Assembly: GCA_037387345.1 (NCBI GenBank)
Contig: JARRLD010000022.1
Location: 1-59,847 of the forward strand
Reading direction: 5' to 3'
DNA from: Gemmatimonadota bacterium
GTDB taxonomy: Bacteria; Gemmatimonadota; Gemmatimonadetes; Longimicrobiales; Gaopeijiaceae
DNA: 59,847 bases
Part shown: positions 55,308-59,847 of the stretch, one piece after another
Layout: every line of letters begins with the position of its first letter
How positions within the stretch are numbered: the first letter of the stretch is position 1
Program-made: the position numbers and the translations under genes
Notes under the pieces: model-generated
Database searches by the model: none
What the model saw: only the letters and a program-made list of their open reading frames with translations
What the model was told of the DNA's origin: nothing

Positions 55308-56041
55308 GACGCGATCTCGCCGTGCTGGTGGTGGTGCTTGGCGTGGCCTTGTTGTCCATGCCCCTGTACGGGCTCGGCCGGGCAGGGCGGGGCAGCGATC
55401 CGCTGGATGTGGCGGATCGCGGTTCCTTCGTCCTCGGGGCGTTCGCGCGCAGGTGGTTCTACTGGTTCATCGGACCGGCGGAGCGGCTCGCTCTGGTTGC
55501 AGGGCTGGGCCCGCTGTTCTTCAATCTGCTGGGCGTGGCGTTCGGGGTGGTGGCCGCCGTCTGCTTCGGTCTGGGACGCGTAAGCCTGGGCGGCTGGATG
55601 GTGCTCCTGGGAGGAGTCGCCGACATCCTCGACGGACGGATCGCCCGTGCGCGGGGCCTGGCGGACCCCAGGGGCGCGTTCCTGGATTCCACCCTGGACC
55701 GCTTCGCCGAGTTTGCCGCCTTCATCGGGTTGGCGGTCCTGTTCGCGGACTCCCGGGTCGGCTTGATCCTGGTCGTGACGGCCCTGGGCGGCTCGCTTCT
55801 GGTGAGCTACGCCCGGGCTCGCGGAGAGAGCGTGGGCGTCGTCTGCAAGCTGGGCGTGATGCAGCGGGCGGAACGACTCCTGGCAGTGGGCTTCGGCGCC
55901 ATCCTGGATCCCACCCTGTCCGCATGGCTGGGCGGCCGGGCGCCGGGCACGCTGCTGGTACCGGTGCTGGGTGTCGTAGCGGTCGGCACCGTCGGCACGG
56001 CCGTATATCGCACCGTCTGGATCAGTCGTAAACTGTCGTAA
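55304..56041 (+). CDS. CDP-alcohol phosphatidyltransferase family protein
   Basis: DILDGRIARARGLADPRGAFLDSTLDRFAE matches D-x2-D-G-x2-A-R...G-x3-D-x3-D, with multiple TM helices. The proposed TTG 55304 overlaps the preceding stop (TTGA); ATG 55358 is an alternative. The upstream part of the track ORF (54659-) is rejected. Confidence 0.85.
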   Translation: MRRDLAVLVVVLGVALLSMPLYGLGRAGRGSDPLDVADRGSFVLGAFARRWFYWFIGPAERLALVAGLGPLFFNLLGVAFGVVAAVCFGLGRVSLGGWMVLLGGVADILDGRIARARGLADPRGAFLDSTLDRFAEFAAFIGLAVLFADSRVGLILVVTALGGSLLVSYARARGESVGVVCKLGVMQRAERLLAVGFGAILDPTLSAWLGGRAPGTLLVPVLGVVAVGTVGTAVYRTVWISRKLS

Positions 56042-56232
56042 GTCCCGGCCCGACTTTACGATCCGACGGTCCGCCGGAAGCTGGGCACCGTGCCGTGCAG
56101 GGCGGCCATGGAGCTCCGGTCGACCGGCCCTCACAGGGGGAGGATCCCCCGAATCCGGCCCATCCAGCCATCCCTCTCGGTCGCCCCCGGCGGCAGATTT
56201 TGCTCCGAGGACATCACGGGAGGCTTCGAGGA

Positions 56233-57558
56233 ATGATGGCTGTGAAACGAGGAGCGGTGGCTCACCAGGGACCCGACGGACGGAGGCGGCGCGTGCATGC
56301 GCGCCGGCGCGTCAGACGATGGATGGGGGTTACGCTTCTGTGGTCGTGCGCACCCGCGGCGGCGCAGGTTCCGTCCGGATCAGGGGTGTGCTCGTGGACC
56401 GTTGCGGGGCGGCAGCTCCTTTCCCTGGAGTCGGGCGACCTGGCCTACGTCGAGGCGCGGTCGTTGTCGGCCACCGAAAGGGGCATGCTCCTGCTGGGCT
56501 CGCCTTCCTACGTCTGGTCACGAGGCGCCCAGTCGGGTGTGGTCGTGCCCCGGGACTCCGTCGTCGGGGCCGTGATCGACTCGACAGGCTCCGCACGCGC
56601 CGTGCCGGCGCCTCTTCCCGGCGCCGAGATCCGTGGCCTCTCCGCTGTCGGAAACAAGGATGGCACCTGGTCAGTGGCGTTCACGGTGCTCCGGCCGGAG
56701 ACGCGGTTCCCGGAAGACGAGGTGGCTGGACAGCTCGGCTACGGTTCGTTCGACGGGCGCGAATGGACCGACCTCCAGACCGAGCCGATTCCTCGAGACG
56801 TGGCCCTCAACCCCATGAGGCCGTCCCCACTGGTGAGGGGCGAAGGAGGAGGGCTTCTCTGGTCCCTCCCCACCCGGGCTCGTGCGGCGAACGCAGGCGT
56901 CGCCATTCTGCGCCGGGTGGGAAGTCATTGGCGGTTGACGACGGACACCCCGTCACGCGTTTTCGGGCTGAGCGTTGCCCATATCCCGTCCTGGGGCGAG
57001 GTGGTCGCCATCGCCAGGGCGGACACGATCAGCTCGATGCCGAGGGGGACCCTTCGGCTCGAGTCCGTGGAGCTGGGCGGAGGCGTCGCCGAAGCGTTCC
57101 GCTTCGATCCCGGGCCGGGGAACCTCTGGGACCCCGTGTTCGACCGCGGCCAAGACCCCAGATGGATCGGCTGGCTGTCGGAGGCTGCGGACGAAGGGCT
57201 CGCACGACTCGAGGCTCGAGCGGCCCCCCTCTACCCGCGCGACGAGCGCCAGAAGGTCATGGTCCTCGACTCCAACTCCGCGGCGCTCCACCCCCTAGGC
57301 GTTCTGGACGGCGGGGCGTCCTATTGGATCAGCCATCACACCGGCGAGGAGAGCCAGATTGTCCTGGTGCGAACGGGCGACGTCGGCGTCGAACGCGAGC
57401 TCACCATGCCGAATCCGTTCGTCGGGCCCTTCGGAGCCGTGGCCCCGGGTCCCTCCAGGGTTCTCCTCGCCGGACCGCTGATGGGGCGTGACGAGCGATC
57501 CCCACCGGTAACGACCCTGATGATTCACCTGAAGCGAACGTGCCGGGAGGCATCCTAG
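56233..57558 (+). CDS. secreted hypothetical protein, possibly a BNR/Asp-box beta-propeller
   Basis: ATG 56233 (MMAVKRG...) after GGGAGG. Arg-rich signal RRRRVHARRRVRRWMGVTLLWSCAPAAAQ. Two Asp-box-like motifs are present (NKDGTWS, SFDGREWT). No firm family. Confidence 0.5.
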   Translation: MMAVKRGAVAHQGPDGRRRRVHARRRVRRWMGVTLLWSCAPAAAQVPSGSGVCSWTVAGRQLLSLESGDLAYVEARSLSATERGMLLLGSPSYVWSRGAQSGVVVPRDSVVGAVIDSTGSARAVPAPLPGAEIRGLSAVGNKDGTWSVAFTVLRPETRFPEDEVAGQLGYGSFDGREWTDLQTEPIPRDVALNPMRPSPLVRGEGGGLLWSLPTRARAANAGVAILRRVGSHWRLTTDTPSRVFGLSVAHIPSWGEVVAIARADTISSMPRGTLRLESVELGGGVAEAFRFDPGPGNLWDPVFDRGQDPRWIGWLSEAADEGLARLEARAAPLYPRDERQKVMVLDSNSAALHPLGVLDGGASYWISHHTGEESQIVLVRTGDVGVERELTMPNPFVGPFGAVAPGPSRVLLAGPLMGRDERSPPVTTLMIHLKRTCREAS

Positions 57559-57627
57559 CCCGTCGTCACGTCGGGGCCATCCAAAGCAGATCGCCCCTGT
57601 GTTTCCTACCCCCCCAGGAGGAGTGTC

Positions 57628-58371
57628 ATGTCCACGCAGAGACGCTTGGCTCTATTGATCGCGGTGTTTCTCTCTGGCCCGATGGCCTGCAGCGAAGAAC
57701 CCGTTGCTCCGAAGGCCGTGCTCGACGAACCGGGCGGGGTGACGGTGCCTGGCCACGACCTGGAGCTCACCCTGCCCCTTCCGGAACGAGCCGCGAACGC
57801 AGGACCCTCCGCCCGAGCCGATGAGCCTATGCCGGCGGATCTTCCCGAGGAGTACGACCTGGAGGCGGCCCTGATCAGCAAGGCCACCAGCAGTCCCTAC
57901 GTCGCCTACGGACGGGCCGGGAACCAGGCGAAGACCACCTTCACGGGCAACCGCATCAAGGTCGACGTCTACACCACGGTGACCTTCCTCGCCGAGCCCC
58001 TCGTCACGGAATTCCTGCAGACCACCCAGGACAGCTACTTCTGGCCCCAGACCGAAAAGCGGCACGACGCGTTCTCGCAGATCGCGATCGAAGGCTCCTG
58101 CGGACACACCGCCTCGGGTCGCGCCCAGCACGTCGTGTGGATCGACTACGGACCCTACGAGTGGGGGGAGACCGAGCGGCCGAGCAACGGGAAGCCCTAT
58201 TCGCAGCGGGACTGTGAGACCGACGACGCTCCTGTGGACGATCCGCGGACCGGGAGTGGAGGAGACGAGCCTCCTCCCGGGGAGATCTATACCTGCTGGT
58301 ACCGTTACACCTACGACATCTACACAGGCGAGGTCCTCGAATTCGAGCTCCTGTACTGCGAGACCACCTGA
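57628..58371 (+). CDS. hypothetical lipoprotein with four additional conserved-looking cysteines
   Basis: AGGAGGAG RBS. MSTQRRLALLIAVFLSGPMAC lipobox, acidic/Pro linker, then a globular part with Cys in EGSCGHT, QRDCETD, IYTCWYRY and LLYCETT. No family recognised. Confidence 0.55.
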   Translation: MSTQRRLALLIAVFLSGPMACSEEPVAPKAVLDEPGGVTVPGHDLELTLPLPERAANAGPSARADEPMPADLPEEYDLEAALISKATSSPYVAYGRAGNQAKTTFTGNRIKVDVYTTVTFLAEPLVTEFLQTTQDSYFWPQTEKRHDAFSQIAIEGSCGHTASGRAQHVVWIDYGPYEWGETERPSNGKPYSQRDCETDDAPVDDPRTGSGGDEPPPGEIYTCWYRYTYDIYTGEVLEFELLYCETT

Positions 58372-58404
58372 GACCCCATCACCAAACAACCGAGGTCGCA
58401 TATC

Positions 58405-58851
58405 ATGTCTCTGAACCAATGGCTCTCCCGTCACCTTTCGCTGGCGTTCCTCCTCCTCGGGGCGCTCTCCGCTCCGTCCGCCCTGTGGGCGCAGGCATCG
58501 GGCGGCATAATCATCTCGGTGCCGGATCGGTTTCCCGAGGTCAACGGCAGACCTGTTGCCCTGGTCCTCACCGAGGCCGACCGGTCGGTCATCGTGCTTC
58601 GCCGGGACAGATTGAATCCGCGGGCGCTGGAAGCCGCGCTCAGGATTGCGGCGAAGGCCGGCGTGGACGAAATCCCGGCCGGACAGGCAACGGTCGATGT
58701 CGTGACCGGGTTCGTGGTGAGGAGAGGGATCCGGGGCGAGCGAATGAAGGCCCTACGGCAGGTGATCGACGCACTCCGCGGCGCGCCGACTTCATCCCTG
58801 GGATCGATGGGGACAGGGAGGTGGGTACGCTGGTACCCCGAGGGGTCCTAG
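58405..58851 (+). CDS. hypothetical secreted protein
   Basis: MSLNQWLSRHLSLAFLLLGALSAPSALWAQA signal peptide. 148 aa, no family recognised. Co-directional with the two preceding genes. Confidence 0.5.
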   Translation: MSLNQWLSRHLSLAFLLLGALSAPSALWAQASGGIIISVPDRFPEVNGRPVALVLTEADRSVIVLRRDRLNPRALEAALRIAAKAGVDEIPAGQATVDVVTGFVVRRGIRGERMKALRQVIDALRGAPTSSLGSMGTGRWVRWYPEGS

Positions 58852-58912
58852 GAGGGTGATCGGAACGGGGAGTAGCCCGCGCCCCCTGGCGTTGCCGAGG
58901 GGCACGTCCGGA

Positions 58913-59332
58913 TCAGTCGCAGTGGAAATGGAAGCGATTCCCGTCGAGGTCTTCGACGGTGAATTGACGCATTCCCCAGGGTTTGTCCTCAGGAGGCTCG
59001 ACGACGTGCGCGCCGAGCCCTGACAGCTCGCGGTGGGTGCCGTCGAGACCAAACCCACCCACCGGCTGCGTCTCGACTCGCTGCGAGTAGCCACCGATCA
59101 TGGGCTGACCTTCGCGAATCGCTGACAGCACCGAGGGGAGAGCGAGGGACGCCGTATGGCTTTCCTTGCTCTCCCACACTTCTGTGACCCAAAGCACGTC
59201 CGGATCGTCCGGCTCGTATGCGACCACGTAACTGTGACATCCGGGCATGCCAGACACAGTGTTCAACAGGATGGCCGCAAGCGCGTCCCGTTGCCCAGGG
59301 ATGACGTCAATTCTCCCGATCAGTTCGTACAT
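58913..59332 (-). CDS. antibiotic-biosynthesis-monooxygenase (ABM) domain fused to a C-terminal fragment of a glyoxalase/bleomycin-resistance (VOC) domain
   Basis: Residues 1-95 (MYELIGRIDVIPGQRDALAAILLNTVSGMPGCHSYVVAYEPDDPDVLWVTEVWESKESHTASL...) are ABM-like. The last ~35 residues (GAHVVEPPEDKPWGMRQFTVEDLDGNRFHFH) match only the final beta-alpha-beta-beta-beta unit of VOC proteins. Confidence 0.6.
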   Translation of the reverse strand: MYELIGRIDVIPGQRDALAAILLNTVSGMPGCHSYVVAYEPDDPDVLWVTEVWESKESHTASLALPSVLSAIREGQPMIGGYSQRVETQPVGGFGLDGTHRELSGLGAHVVEPPEDKPWGMRQFTVEDLDGNRFHFHCD

Positions 59333-59847
59333 GTTTCCGCGGCCCTGGTCGGAGATTGGGAGCGAGGGTCGCTAACTCCTTCGGAGATGGCGCCGAACAC
59401 GAGGAATATGGGTCGGTTCGAGAGATGCGCAGTGCTGTATCCGCGGGGGAGGACTTGATCTCAACCCTGGCGCGCCTGCGGTGACGCAAGTCACCCCTCA
59501 TCTCTTTGGCTGACGATCGTCCAGGCCAAGTCTTGTAGGAAGGCCGCGTCGTCTCACCAGTAACCGTATCGGTGACGGTCGCGAGTGCGCTCTGTTCTTG
59601 AAGCACGACGATGTCCCACGCTCGATCTGACGAGCGATCAGTCTCGAACGCACCCGGAAGGTGCCCATCGGTCAGATGCCTACGGAGTGTGTAGCCCCCG
59701 TGCGTGTGGCTCGCCGTACTCACGTAGGGACCATCGAGCCCTGAGAGATCCCCTCCAAGAGGCCAGGAAGGTTGTTGAAGTAGATGTAGCTGTTCCCGAC
59801 GAAGAACACCTCCAGGGTATCCCTTGCCTCTTGCCCCGCAATCGGGG
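59333..59847 (-). pseudogene. SGNH/GDSL-like hydrolase remnant with several frame breaks; runs off the right edge
   Basis: One minus-strand frame gives ...DTLEVFFVGNSYIYFNNLPGLLEGISQGSMVPT* (stop at 59720-59722). A second frame continues LDGPYVSTASHTHGGYTLRRHLTDGHLPGAFETDRSSDRAWDIVVLQEQSALA and then degenerates. A third frame near 59340-59400 reads RPIFLVFGAISEGVSDPRS. Together these resemble the GNSY...GG.sL..H...WD.VVLQEQS...YLaA.V.y family layout. Confidence 0.4.

Noticed and set aside
1-59847. Search for CRISPR arrays, rRNA/tRNA genes, transposases, integrases and phage or defence genes
   Set aside because: I saw no regularly spaced direct repeats, no rRNA- or tRNA-like sequence, and no ORF with transposase, integrase, restriction, toxin-antitoxin or known defence-system motifs. 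The only STAND-type NTPase is fused to a LuxR HTH and looks like a MalT-like transcription factor.

Overview
High-GC (about two-thirds GC by eye) bacterial chromosome segment covering the replication-origin neighbourhood. The family content (ADOP permease, LemA/DUF2207, many secreted lipoproteins) suggests a Gemmatimonadota- or Acidobacteriota-like organism, but that is inference only. The core is the conserved origin block: parA-parB, mnmG, mnmE, yidC-yidD-rnpA-rpmH on the minus strand, then dnaA-dnaN on the plus strand. I found two near-perfect parS sites beside mnmG. DnaA-box clusters flank dnaA, and the dnaA-dnaN spacer carries an AT-rich unwinding region with a (TAC)n/DnaA-trio-like tract. 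rpmH (49 aa) and a left-edge GAF gene are real genes missing from the ORF track. Other housekeeping content is a lipA-pdhABC operon, lpdA, ispH, uppS, carbonic anhydrase, and M42, M14 and M23 peptidases. No rRNA, tRNA, CRISPR array or mobile element was found. The most interesting items are these. (1) A phospholipid gene cluster (about 51.7-56.0 kb) has a PlsC-like acyltransferase, a Tam41/Mmp37-like nucleotidyltransferase and a CDP-alcohol phosphatidyltransferase joined by overlapping stop/start codons. The middle gene is broken by an exact 37-bp tandem duplication. (2) An uncharacterised five-gene module sits directly after dnaN, where recF/gyrB usually lie: lipoprotein, HAMP histidine kinase, sigma-54 response regulator, secreted coiled-coil protein and outer-membrane beta-barrel. 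(3) parA-parB is coupled by overlapping stop/start codons to an M23/LytM peptidase, and a bactofilin gene follows co-directionally. (4) There are many reading-frame lesions: frameshifts in LemA, the lipoprotein and an SGNH-like gene, an in-frame loss of the second FtsX module in the ADOP permease, and an ABM-VOC chimera. These need read-level checking to separate assembly error from real gene decay. The many long ORFs antisense to real genes are treated as high-GC artefacts.
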